A DNA stretch of 64,000 nt from the NCBI GenBank assembly GCA_964458595.1, contig CAYWJQ010000006.1, positions 69,776 through 133,775 on the forward strand, written 5' to 3'. This stretch comes from an uncultured Thermoplasmata archaeon (GTDB taxonomy: Archaea > Thermoplasmatota > Thermoplasmata > Halarchaeoplasmatales > Halarchaeoplasmataceae). This document shows, in pieces, positions 18,917 to 29,200 of the stretch; positions within the stretch are counted from its first letter, which is position 1, and the number at the start of each line of letters is the position of its first letter. The notes under the pieces are model-generated. The model was not told where the DNA came from and made no database searches. It saw nothing but the letters and a program-made list of their open reading frames with translations. A program made the translations under genes and the position numbers.

Positions 18917-19246
18917 TCAACTGAACGGTCTATGTTCTTCGGTTTTTATGTCTTTCAATCCGATTTTTACTTTTTTCTTTCCTTCCCCGTAATCGATGAA
19001 TTTCAGATCGAGCATAGATTTATACAGGCAGATCTCCTTTCTTTCAGTTTGAATTTTGTCGACCACCTCGAGATAGCCTTTTTCTTCCAATTTAGAAGCT
19101 CGGCGGTAACATTTGGCTAGAGGTATGTTCTGCGTCTGGCTTATCTCTTTGATCGATTTGGCCTTACTTGAACAACTGCCTAAGATCTTTTTTGAAGTAG
19201 GATCTTTCAATATCTGCAATTTTTCTCGGACGTTTTTGGACCTCAT
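18917..19246 (-). CDS. Small winged-helix (ArsR/TrmB-like) transcription regulator candidate
   Basis: 109 aa; HTH-like segment SIKEISQTQNIPLAKCYRRASKLEEKGYLEV. Confidence 0.4.
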   Translation of the reverse strand: MRSKNVREKLQILKDPTSKKILGSCSSKAKSIKEISQTQNIPLAKCYRRASKLEEKGYLEVVDKIQTERKEICLYKSMLDLKFIDYGEGKKKVKIGLKDIKTEEHRPFS

Positions 19247-19386
19247 GTAGATTAAAATCTATCCGTATCACTATAAATATTCACTTCTAATTATCCTCTT
19301 CGATAATGCAGTTTTGAAATCCCGTTTTGGTTTGAAAAAGATAAAAAAGTTTATTTTCACCATGTATATGTGCAAGTGTGAGATAG

Positions 19387-21201
19387 ATGTGCCCGGCAAA
19401 ATCAACCAGCGCTGAAGGTGTAGAGTGGGATTTGAGTGACTTGTATGATGGGCCTGATGATCCAGAACTTGAAGAGGATATAGAAAAAACCATCAAAAAA
19501 GCAGAAAGTTTTCAGGAAAAATACAAAGGAAAAGTTGAAGATGCAAAACTTTCTCTAGATGAATTCAGAGAAGCTATGGAGGAATACGAAGATATCCAGG
19601 AGATGATAAGTAAGGTGACTTCTTTCGCTTCTCTTTATCATGCGATGGACACTCAAGACCCGGATAGGGGGGCTCTGCTTCAGAAAGCTAAAAATAAACA
19701 AAGCGAAGTTAAGAACAAGCTGATATTTTTTGAACTTGAGTGGCAGGAATTGGACGAAGAAGAAGCTGAAAGGTACATGGAAAGTGATGAACTCGAACAC
19801 TATTCGAGCTATTTGAACAACTGGAGAAGATACAGCCCGTATATGCTTTCCGAATACGAAGAACAGATCATAGAGTCGCTACAGAACACTGGAAAAGAGG
19901 CTTTCAAAAGACTGTTCGATCAGACGGTAGGAGATATCACCGTGGAATTCGAAGCAGAAGGAGAAGAGTACGAGATGGTTTTGGATCAAGCTTTGTCCGT
20001 TCTTTATGAAGGCAACAGAGAGAAAAGGAAAGCGGCTTCGGATGCGGTAACGGAATCTTTGAAAGAAGAGAACAAGCTGCTCAATTTCATATTCAACAAC
20101 ATAGTCCAAAATCATACGACGATATGCAACTTCAGGGACTATCCGGATCCGATGACTCCGAGGAATCTAAAAAATAGGGTCGAGATGGATACCGTAGACG
20201 CGCTGATGGAAACGGTCGAAAATAATACGGATATAGTCGAGAGATTCTATAATGTAAAACAAGAATTGGTAGATTTCGACACACTTTACGACTATGATCG
20301 ATACAGTCCTCTACCAGGAAGTGTTCCGGAGACAACTTTCGAAGAGAGTCGCGAGAAGGTTTTAGACGCTTATGAAAAATTCTCACCTAAGATGAGAGAC
20401 ATAGTGGAGAAGTTCTTTGAAAACGATTGGATAGACGCGGAGATAAAAGAAGGAAAAAGAGGCGGAGCCTTTAGTTCAGCTACCGTACCGTCCGTTCATC
20501 CATATATCATGTTGAATTTTTCGGACAAAACCAGCGATACTATCACGTTAGCTCATGAACTTGGCCACGGTGTTCATCAATATCTAGCTAGAGAACAGGG
20601 AGCACTCCAGCAGAGCACTCCACTGACGACCGCGGAGATGGCCAGCGTATTCGGTGAGATGCTGCTTTTCGACAAGTTGATGGGCGAAGTCGAGGACGAC
20701 GAAACAAAGCTAGTATTGATAGGAAACAAGCTTCAGAGAGATTTTTCCACGGTGTTCAGACAGGTGATAATGACCAGGTTCGAACAGAAACTTCATCGAG
20801 CCCAGAGAGAAAAAGGCGAATTAAAAAGTGAAGAGATAAACGAACTGTGGATTGAAGCGAACCGTGAAGAATTTGGAGATTCGGTCGAACTGAGAGATGA
20901 ATACGGCTGGTGGTGGAGTTACGTTCTGCATTTCGTCCACTATCCTTTCTATTGTTATGCATATGCTTTCGGAGAACTGCTCGTTCTAGCACTCTATGAC
21001 ATATATAAAGAAAAGGGCGAGGAATTCGTTCCCCAATATCTCGAACTTTTAGAGGCGGGCGGTTCAGAAGATCCTAAAGACTTATTGAAAGAGATAGGCG
21101 TGGATATCACCGATCCCGAGTTCTGGCAGAGAGGAATCCGAGTCCTTGAAGAACAGGTCGAAAGGATGGAAGAGTTGGCAGAAAAGGCTGGAAAGATCTG
21201 A
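19387..21201 (+). CDS. pepF: Oligoendopeptidase F (M3 family zinc metallopeptidase)
   Basis: HEXXH zinc site HELGHGVH; 604 aa. Confidence 0.85.
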   Translation: MCPAKSTSAEGVEWDLSDLYDGPDDPELEEDIEKTIKKAESFQEKYKGKVEDAKLSLDEFREAMEEYEDIQEMISKVTSFASLYHAMDTQDPDRGALLQKAKNKQSEVKNKLIFFELEWQELDEEEAERYMESDELEHYSSYLNNWRRYSPYMLSEYEEQIIESLQNTGKEAFKRLFDQTVGDITVEFEAEGEEYEMVLDQALSVLYEGNREKRKAASDAVTESLKEENKLLNFIFNNIVQNHTTICNFRDYPDPMTPRNLKNRVEMDTVDALMETVENNTDIVERFYNVKQELVDFDTLYDYDRYSPLPGSVPETTFEESREKVLDAYEKFSPKMRDIVEKFFENDWIDAEIKEGKRGGAFSSATVPSVHPYIMLNFSDKTSDTITLAHELGHGVHQYLAREQGALQQSTPLTTAEMASVFGEMLLFDKLMGEVEDDETKLVLIGNKLQRDFSTVFRQVIMTRFEQKLHRAQREKGELKSEEINELWIEANREEFGDSVELRDEYGWWWSYVLHFVHYPFYCYAYAFGELLVLALYDIYKEKGEEFVPQYLELLEAGGSEDPKDLLKEIGVDITDPEFWQRGIRVLEEQVERMEELAEKAGKI

Positions 21202-21260
21202 TTTCATCCAGCCGAACGTAATATTTTTAACATATAAACTTATAGACTGGACTGATAGTT

Positions 21261-21647
21261 ATGGATTGGGAACAGGAAGAGATAAGAAATCTACAGGAGA
21301 GCCAATATATAATAATCGATGACGAGCCCTGTGAGATCGATAGCATAGATACATCTAAGCCCGGTAAGCACGGCGAAGCAAAGGCTAGGATCGAAGCCAA
21401 GGGGATCTTCGATAATAAAAAGCACAGCATGCTGAATCCCGTGACTACAAAAGTGAGAGTTCCGATAATAGATAGAAGGAAGGGCCAGATAGTCAACAAA
21501 TCCGACGGTGAAGTGAACGTGATGGACCTAGATTCTTACGATACATTTCAGATAAACGTGGACGAAGAGACCTACGATGAAATAGAGCAGGGACAAAATA
21601 TCAGATATCTTGAAGCGATGGGCAGAAAGAAAATAATCAGGACATGA
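21261..21647 (+). CDS. Translation initiation factor 5A (aIF5A)
   Basis: Hypusine-loop motif TSKPGKHGEAKARIEAKGIF; 128 aa. Confidence 0.85.
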   Translation: MDWEQEEIRNLQESQYIIIDDEPCEIDSIDTSKPGKHGEAKARIEAKGIFDNKKHSMLNPVTTKVRVPIIDRRKGQIVNKSDGEVNVMDLDSYDTFQINVDEETYDEIEQGQNIRYLEAMGRKKIIRT

Positions 21648-22492
21648 GCCAAGATCTAGATTTTGCAAGTTTCGATTCTGATTTCGAGGAGGCAAGTTAC
21701 TCTCTCGTAGGTATCCCCTACGATAAAACCTCTTCTTTTCGCGCGGGGACGAAGAAGGCTCCGGATAGGATAAGAGAAGCCTCCTACTGTTTTGAACCTT
21801 ATCTTCATGAACATTCGGTCCAACTCCATGAATTGAAACTGCACGATGCCGGTGATATAGTAGACTGGCAAAATTTTGGATTGATAGAAGAAGAGTTAAG
21901 AGATTTTTTATCGAAAGTAACGGAACAAAGAAAATTTCCTATCATCTTCGGCGGGGAACATTCTATATCGCCCGTTTCTGTGGGAGCTTTAAAGAAAGAA
22001 TTTCCAGATCTGAACGTCTTGACACTCGATGCTCATCTCGATTTTAGAGATGTTTACGAGGGCATGAAACACAGTCACGCCACGGCGAACAGGAGAATTT
22101 CCGAAATAGTTGGAATCGATGGGCTAGCAATCGTTGGAGTGAGATCTATCTCCCGATCGTTCTCTGATTCTGAAAGCCCATATTATTTGACTTCGAAAGA
22201 GATCAAAAACGATGATCGATGGGCAGATAAAATTTTAGAAAATATCGACGCTCCAATATACCTATCTATTGATATGGACGTGTTAGATCCTTCGTACGCA
22301 CCGGGCGTTGGAAATCCAGAACCGTTCGGGATCTCATCATTTCGGGTAAAAGAGATTATCGATACTGTGTCAGATCGACTGGTAGGGATGGACCTGGTAG
22401 AAGTCAATCCAAAATATGATGAAGGAAATATGACTTCGAATCTCGCTGCTAGATTAATATATGAGATGATAGGTGCAAGAGAAAAAGAATAG
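21644..22492 (+). CDS. speB: Agmatinase (ureohydrolase/arginase family)
   Basis: Mn-binding motifs GGEHSIS, DAHLDF, SIDMDVLDP; 4-bp overlap with aIF5A. Confidence 0.85.
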   Translation: MSQDLDFASFDSDFEEASYSLVGIPYDKTSSFRAGTKKAPDRIREASYCFEPYLHEHSVQLHELKLHDAGDIVDWQNFGLIEEELRDFLSKVTEQRKFPIIFGGEHSISPVSVGALKKEFPDLNVLTLDAHLDFRDVYEGMKHSHATANRRISEIVGIDGLAIVGVRSISRSFSDSESPYYLTSKEIKNDDRWADKILENIDAPIYLSIDMDVLDPSYAPGVGNPEPFGISSFRVKEIIDTVSDRLVGMDLVEVNPKYDEGNMTSNLAARLIYEMIGAREKE

Positions 22493-22511
22493 ATAAAGGT
22501 GTTTGGTGTTT

Positions 22512-23603
22512 TCAAGCTACTTCTTCGATATCCTTACTTTGGGTAGCGCTTCCGCTTATTATCTGTTCTGATTCTACCCCGGTAGCTACGATCATGACTT
22601 TCAGCTGATCTTCCAGCGTCGGGTCGACACTACATCCCCATATTATATTTGCACCATCTCCAGCTTTTTGCTCCACGCTTTCGGCCACCATCTCGGCCTC
22701 GTGAACACTCATATCTTCTGGACCTGTCACATTGATCAGAACACCTGAAGCCCCGGATATATCGACATCAAGAAGAGGAGAGTCGATGGCTTCTTCTATA
22801 GCTTCCTCGGCTCTCTTATCTCCGCCTGCCGACGATTCACCCATGCCTATCATAGCCTGGCCTGCACCTTCCATTATCGTTTTAAGATCATTGTAATCAA
22901 GGTTCACCAATCCAGGTTTAGTTATTATCTCTGTCATGCCTTTGATGGCTCTCATCAATACTTCGTCTGCTACCTTGAAGGCCTTGTTTAAAGGCAACCT
23001 GGGCACGAGATCCAACAATTTATCGTTGGGTATGACGATCACGGTATCTGCAACATCTCTAACGCGTTTTATACCCCATTCCGCGTTTTTCATTCTAGAT
23101 TGACCCTCGGCTTCAAAAGGTTTAGTCAAAACAGCAATGGTCAATGCACCTGCGTCTTTTGCGATTCTAGCGACAGTACCGATGGATCCAGTACCGGTTC
23201 CTCCTCCTAGGCCGCAGGTCAAAAAGCAGATGTCGGAGTCTTCAAGTATGTTCTCATATTTCTCCTTAGCTTCCTTTGCCGCCTTCTCTCCGATCTCGGG
23301 CTTCGCACCAGCTCCCAGACCTTTAGTTAGATTTTTACCCATCAGAACTTTTCGGTTAGCCCTGACGGTCAGGAGGTCCTGGGCGTCGGTATTACCTGCG
23401 ATCAGCTCAGCACCATGTATCCCTTCTTCAGAGATACGATTGATGGTATTACATCCGGCGCCTCCTAACCCGGTGATGTAAATCTTCGTCCTCAGCGACT
23501 CGAGGACATCTTTGAGCTCTTCGTCAGTTTCAGCATCTTGATACTTCTCATCTTCTAATTCTTCTTCGTCGCTAGAAAGGGCATCATCCACCAATGATTC
23601 CAT
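22512..23603 (-). CDS. ftsZ: Cell division GTPase FtsZ
   Basis: Tubulin signature GGGTGTGS; 363 aa with acidic N-terminal tail. Confidence 0.9.
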   Translation of the reverse strand: MESLVDDALSSDEEELEDEKYQDAETDEELKDVLESLRTKIYITGLGGAGCNTINRISEEGIHGAELIAGNTDAQDLLTVRANRKVLMGKNLTKGLGAGAKPEIGEKAAKEAKEKYENILEDSDICFLTCGLGGGTGTGSIGTVARIAKDAGALTIAVLTKPFEAEGQSRMKNAEWGIKRVRDVADTVIVIPNDKLLDLVPRLPLNKAFKVADEVLMRAIKGMTEIITKPGLVNLDYNDLKTIMEGAGQAMIGMGESSAGGDKRAEEAIEEAIDSPLLDVDISGASGVLINVTGPEDMSVHEAEMVAESVEQKAGDGANIIWGCSVDPTLEDQLKVMIVATGVESEQIISGSATQSKDIEEVA

Positions 23604-23665
23604 AGTTTCATCGCCTCATACAAATCCTTATCACATGCGTAATTAACGAACTATTATTAATATTT

Positions 23666-25108
23666 ATGGATTATAGAGTGGCCGTGGCTTTTCGTTACCC
23701 CCCTACCGAACTCTATAAATATCCATATGAAAATAGTCTAATCGATATCATGGATGATACCTTGACTGTTATAGGAAGTGGACCAGGGGGTTATGTGGCC
23801 GCGATATTGGCTTCTAGAAACGGTATGGATGTGAAAGTTATAGAGAAAGATGAGATCGGCGGAGTTTGTACGAACCGGGGATGCATCCCGTCTAAAGCTC
23901 TACTCTCTACGGCCGGAAAGATAGAGAGTATCAAGGGAGCTAGGAAAGACGGCATCAAAGTGAATTATGAAGGCGTCGATTTCGAAAGAGTGATGGCTAA
24001 AAAGGAAAGAGCCGTCAAGATGTCGAGAAAAGCTATAAAGAATCTATTCGATAAACACGATATAGAGGTCCTGAAAGGAGAAGCTGAGGTTATCGATGAC
24101 AGTGAGATCCAAGTCGAGGGTGAAAGGATAGAAACGGACTATTTAATAATCGCCACCGGTTCGGAGCCTATCTCTTTACCCGGTATAGATATCGACGAAG
24201 AGGATGTCGTTTCAAGCAGGGGAGCACTCGACCTTGAAGAGATACCCGAATCGCTGTTGATAATAGGCGGAGGTTACATAGGATTGGAGATGGCCTACAT
24301 CTATTCAGCATTAGGTTCCGATGTCATCATCGTAGAATTATTGGATAGTTTGTTACCCAAGATGGATCAAGACCTGAGCGAAGTCGCCGAGAAGATGATG
24401 AAACGGAAGCGGGTAAAGTTCTATAATGGATCTAAAGTTACCGATATCCAGGGTGAAGGACCTTTATCGGTGAGTATAGAAGGGGAAACCGAAAAAACCG
24501 TGGAAGTCGATAAAGTCCTTTGCGCGGTTGGGAGAAAACCCACGCCTCCGGATTCCCGAATAGATATGACCGGTGAAGACGGAGAGATAGAAGTTGACGA
24601 TATGATGAGAACCGACATAGATGGAGTTTACGCGATCGGAGACGTAACGGGAAGATCGATGTTGGCTCATTCCGCGTTCAAACAGGCAGAGATCGCCGTC
24701 GATGATATCCTCGGAGAAGAAGTCAACGGATTTTCGGAGAAGAACGTGCCCGCCGGAATATATACCCATCCCGAGATGGCTAGTATAGGATTGACAGAAG
24801 AAGAGGCGAGAGAAAAAGAAGGAGACATCAAAATTGGAAAATTCCCCATTTCCGCTACCGGAAGAGGATCATCGACTGGACAAAGGATGGGGGTCGCGAA
24901 GATGATCGCCGACCAGGATAATAGAGTATTAGGGGCCCATCTCGCATGTCCGGGAGCCACCGACATAATAATGGAATGTGCAGCTGCCGTGGAAAAAGGG
25001 ATGAAAGCCGACGAGATAAGCGAGATGATCCATCCACATCCAACATATTCCGAGGCGATAAAAGAAGCCGCTGAAAATATCTCAGGAGAAAGTGTACATT
25101 CGAGCTAA
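23666..25108 (+). CDS. lpd: Dihydrolipoamide dehydrogenase-like FAD disulfide oxidoreductase
   Basis: FAD motif GSGPGGY, redox disulfide CTNRGCIPSK, C-terminal HPHPTYSE His-Glu; true start probably the internal Met of MDDTLTVIGSG. Confidence 0.8.
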   Translation: MDYRVAVAFRYPPTELYKYPYENSLIDIMDDTLTVIGSGPGGYVAAILASRNGMDVKVIEKDEIGGVCTNRGCIPSKALLSTAGKIESIKGARKDGIKVNYEGVDFERVMAKKERAVKMSRKAIKNLFDKHDIEVLKGEAEVIDDSEIQVEGERIETDYLIIATGSEPISLPGIDIDEEDVVSSRGALDLEEIPESLLIIGGGYIGLEMAYIYSALGSDVIIVELLDSLLPKMDQDLSEVAEKMMKRKRVKFYNGSKVTDIQGEGPLSVSIEGETEKTVEVDKVLCAVGRKPTPPDSRIDMTGEDGEIEVDDMMRTDIDGVYAIGDVTGRSMLAHSAFKQAEIAVDDILGEEVNGFSEKNVPAGIYTHPEMASIGLTEEEAREKEGDIKIGKFPISATGRGSSTGQRMGVAKMIADQDNRVLGAHLACPGATDIIMECAAAVEKGMKADEISEMIHPHPTYSEAIKEAAENISGESVHSS

Positions 25109-25121
25109 TGACCACGCTATC

Positions 25122-26081
25122 TCAAACTACCGAAAAAGTCTTCATACTGTCTTCTTTATCTTTTTCTTCGTCCTCATCCCCCTCTTCTTTTTCTATGTTT
25201 GGAGATATTTCGGACAGCAGTTTACTGATCTTGGAAGAGGCTCTCTTAAAATCTCCCCCTTGTCCGAGATTGCGCAAATTTTTCAATCTTCTCCTATATT
25301 CTTTGGCCTCGTTTTCGGAGATATCCCTTCGTTTCAATATGCTCTTGGCTCTTTCCAATTTGATTGAGAACGAAAATAGATCGTCCAGCTTATCGAGGCC
25401 TTTATCCAGATGCTCTATGGCTTTATCTATTTTACCTCTTTTGGCCGCTTCGACACCTGTTTTTACGGGCACTTTTATCTTCTGAAGATTGGCGTTAGAA
25501 AATCTAGATATCCGCAGTTTTTTCCTAGCTCTATTGAGCTTATTTTCAAACTTTTTTTCTTTTCTTTCCGTATCTTTTCGCTTGATTTCTTTGATCTCTT
25601 CGGCCTTGTTTAAAGCTCCGAGGTAGTCACCGGTCTTACATTTCTTTCCTACTTCTTTGATCTTTGCTCCCAATTCTTTCTTCTTTTCGTTTGCCGATTC
25701 TATATCTCTTATCTCTCCTACGGAACTGAGGATATCATCTATATCCTTTATCACTTCTACATCTAGTACGAGTTCATGTAGAAGATTTACGGCTTCTTCA
25801 TGATCACCTTTCTCTTTCAGAGAAAAAACACGTTTTATTTTCTTTTTTATATGGTTTACATCCACACTCTCGTTTTCTAGTCCGGATAAAACTTTTCTGA
25901 CACGCTTGAGATCTTCTTTGAGTTCCCCCGGATAGAATCCGTATTCTTCAAACTCGGTATCTTTATCTTCCAACTTTTTGATCTCTTTCGTTAATTTTTC
26001 GATAATTTCGTCGTCAGAGGACATGTTTTCGGCTTTTGGGATTTTTTGAAGGTTTCTACTTTCTTTTATTTCCTTTTTCAT
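25122..26081 (-). CDS. Hypothetical K/E-rich coiled-coil protein
   Basis: 319-aa ORF, low complexity, codon usage consistent with neighbours. Confidence 0.4.
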   Translation of the reverse strand: MKKEIKESRNLQKIPKAENMSSDDEIIEKLTKEIKKLEDKDTEFEEYGFYPGELKEDLKRVRKVLSGLENESVDVNHIKKKIKRVFSLKEKGDHEEAVNLLHELVLDVEVIKDIDDILSSVGEIRDIESANEKKKELGAKIKEVGKKCKTGDYLGALNKAEEIKEIKRKDTERKEKKFENKLNRARKKLRISRFSNANLQKIKVPVKTGVEAAKRGKIDKAIEHLDKGLDKLDDLFSFSIKLERAKSILKRRDISENEAKEYRRRLKNLRNLGQGGDFKRASSKISKLLSEISPNIEKEEGDEDEEKDKEDSMKTFSVV

Positions 26082-26208
26082 CTGATCTAATTTTATATCT
26101 TTGACCTCCTTTTTATATTTAAGGAAATTTATCGTCTCTATTACGAATCTCTTATATGAAGGATGGAAATTAATTTAATATAGAAGAAAGATATGTATAT
26201 AGGATATC

Positions 26209-29200
26209 ATGGGAAATAGTCGGGAGCTAAATCCTCAAGAACTGGAAAAAGAGATTCTTCAGTTTTGGAGGTCAGAAGATATCAACGATGAATTGATCGA
26301 TTCTAGGAGGGGTGGTAGAAATTATTATCTGGCTAGACCCCCTTTTCCTGTCAAAGATGAACTTAGCTGGGACGAATTATATGGCAATATAATCTACGAT
26401 GCGTGGGCCCGATTCATGAGTATGCGCGGTTTTAACGTCAGAAACGGTATAGGGACGGACCCGTTGAGTCTCAGGATAGAGAAATTGGCCTTGAAAGAAG
26501 AGGGTCTCAGATGCTTGAAAACTTCACTTGAGGGTCATGAAAGTTTTTCAGAGGACCTCTCTGACAGGGCTGAAGTCCTAAAGGAAGAGACCTTCGATCA
26601 TCTTCAGCATCTTGGGCTTTGGACGAACTCGGAATATGATTATGAAACTACCTCCGGTAAATTTATAGACTCGATATGTTGGACTATCAAAGAACTGATG
26701 GAAAAAGATTTACTCGCAAAAAAAGAGAAGCCCGTAAGATGGTGCCCAGAATGTAAAATTCCTGTGATGGGTTCCGAGAAGTCCACTAGAGAAGAACCGA
26801 GGAATGACCCCATAGTGAAGGTCCCTCTCGCGAGCGGGAAAGAGAGATATTTCCTAGTGGAGATAAAAGATTTGTGGAAACTACCCGCGAGCCTGTCTTT
26901 AGCCGTGAATCCGAAAATGAAATATTCGGTCATAAAATCTACTACAGGGGATGGAGAGGTCGAACAATACGTGGTTCTCCAGGAAAAAGCGGCCGAGATG
27001 ATGGAGAAAGCGGGAAGAAGATACACCGTTTTGAATACGGTAGATGGTAAAAAATTAAAAGGACTTTCCTTCAGATATCCTTTGGGAGAAAAGATACCCG
27101 AAAAAGTAGAAATTGATTGTGAACATAAAAGAAGGGTTTTAGGTACAGATGAGGTGAATGAGGAGGGAACCGGTATCGAATTTTTGGTTCCTCCGTATGA
27201 AGAGAGCCATCTTGAGATCGCCGAAGAAAATGATATGAATATCTACGATCCGCTTCGGGATAATGGTTACTTTGATGGGGGACCGAGGAAGAATAAATAT
27301 TCGGGTCTTTCGACTTTCCAAAGCGAAGAAGTGATCTTAGATGATCTTAGAGCTAAAGGATTATTGTTTTGGAATGAACGAGAACAAAGGAAAGTAGAAG
27401 TTTGCGACGCCTGCAAGAGTAAACTTATAAGACATAGAAAGAAGGAATGGTTCTTCGACAGTGAGAGATTCGAAGAAGACATAGGTGAGGGATTAAATCA
27501 GATCGAGACCCTGCCTTCCAATAAAAATTTGAAAGTGGACGATTGGTTAGTTACTAGGGATAATCACTGGGGCATGGCTTTCCCGATTTGGAGGTGTGAA
27601 TGCGGTAAATCTTTTATACCCTCAGAGCGGAAGGAATTAGCCGATAACTCGGACTATGATGTAGATGATCTATTCATCCCGGAAACGATGAAAAATATAG
27701 AAGTGGAATGTCCCGAATGCGGTAAAAGGATGGACCGTGATGACAGGGTGATCACCCCCTCACTTTTGAGAGCCGCATCCCCCTGGGCTCAGATAGGATA
27801 TCCCCATGATGAAAAAGGATATCAGTCGTGGTGGCCCGGAAAACTGATGATAGGTAGCGATCCAAGAGAGGACGGTTTATTTTCTGCAAATCTTAGTTTG
27901 TCTCTTTCTTTATTTGATGAGCCCAGCATCGAAAAGATTTTGCTCAAAGGAACGATCATAAGCGAGATAGATTATAAGAACGTGAAAGGACTGGTAGACA
28001 ATCAGGGCCACGATACATTGAGAATACATCTTTTATCGGACTCACATCTCTGGGAAGATCGAAAGATCGAAGGAGATAACCTTCAAGAACCTCATCCGAT
28101 GATAAGAGTCCTTTGGAACCTGCATCAGTTCTTTAAAGACAATTTGAGAACATTGGATTTAGAACTGGAAGATCTAGTATCGGAACCGGATTTGGAAAGA
28201 TTAGAGGTGGAGGATAGATGGTTGTGTTCCTGTTTGGAAACGACCAAAGAGGTTTCCCATGAATATTACGAACATGGAAGGATAGACGAGGCTCAGAAAG
28301 TATTTCAAGATTTTATCCTAGAGGATTTTGCTCAATGGTATATAAGTTTAGCTAGAGAGAGACTCGGTGATGGTAAGGAGAACGAAGAAAATATATTGAG
28401 CGCGATGTACCGTTGTTTGAAGGACATATCGAAATTGATATTCCCTATAGCTCCTTTCATCGGTGAAAAGATATATCTCGATCTTAATGAAGATGAGAAG
28501 AGCGCTTTCCTCTCAGGATGGCCTGATTTTGAAGAGAAGTACCGTTCCCTCGAGTTAGAAGATGAGATGAAAGAGATCAGAAGAATAGTAAATGAAATAA
28601 AAGAGATCAAGCGGAGAGAAGAACTGCCTGAGAAATGGCCGCTAGATGAGATAATATACAAACCGAAGGATGAAGAAAGTAAGGACCTGATCGAAAGATA
28701 CAGCCACGTTATCAAAGACAAGGCCAAAGTGAAAATAGTCAAAATTTTAGAGGTGGGAGAGGAATGGGAAGATTCCATCCTTAAAGTGAGACCCAACGAG
28801 GAGACCATAGGAAAGTCTTATCAGCAGTGGAAAAGCAAGATTGCTACCATGCTGCAACAAAGGTCTCCCGAAGAGATAAGAAAAGGCGTCGAGGAAGGCG
28901 AGTTCACCATGGGATTAGAGGGTCAGATCATAGAAATAGAACCGGAGATGGTGGAATTCGAAAAGGACATGCCCGAAGGATACAAAGAATTGTCTTTAGA
29001 CGGACATGATATCTTCGTTAATCTGGAGGTCACTAACCAGATATGGGAAGAAGAGATGGCCGATGAGATCATACTTAGATTGAAAAGTATGCGAGAAGAC
29101 ATGAATCTTGCTGAGGAAGATGAGATAGACGCTTATATTTCAGGGGAGGATTACATTATAGAAGCGGTGGAAAATCATATGGCGGGGATAAAAGAAAGGA

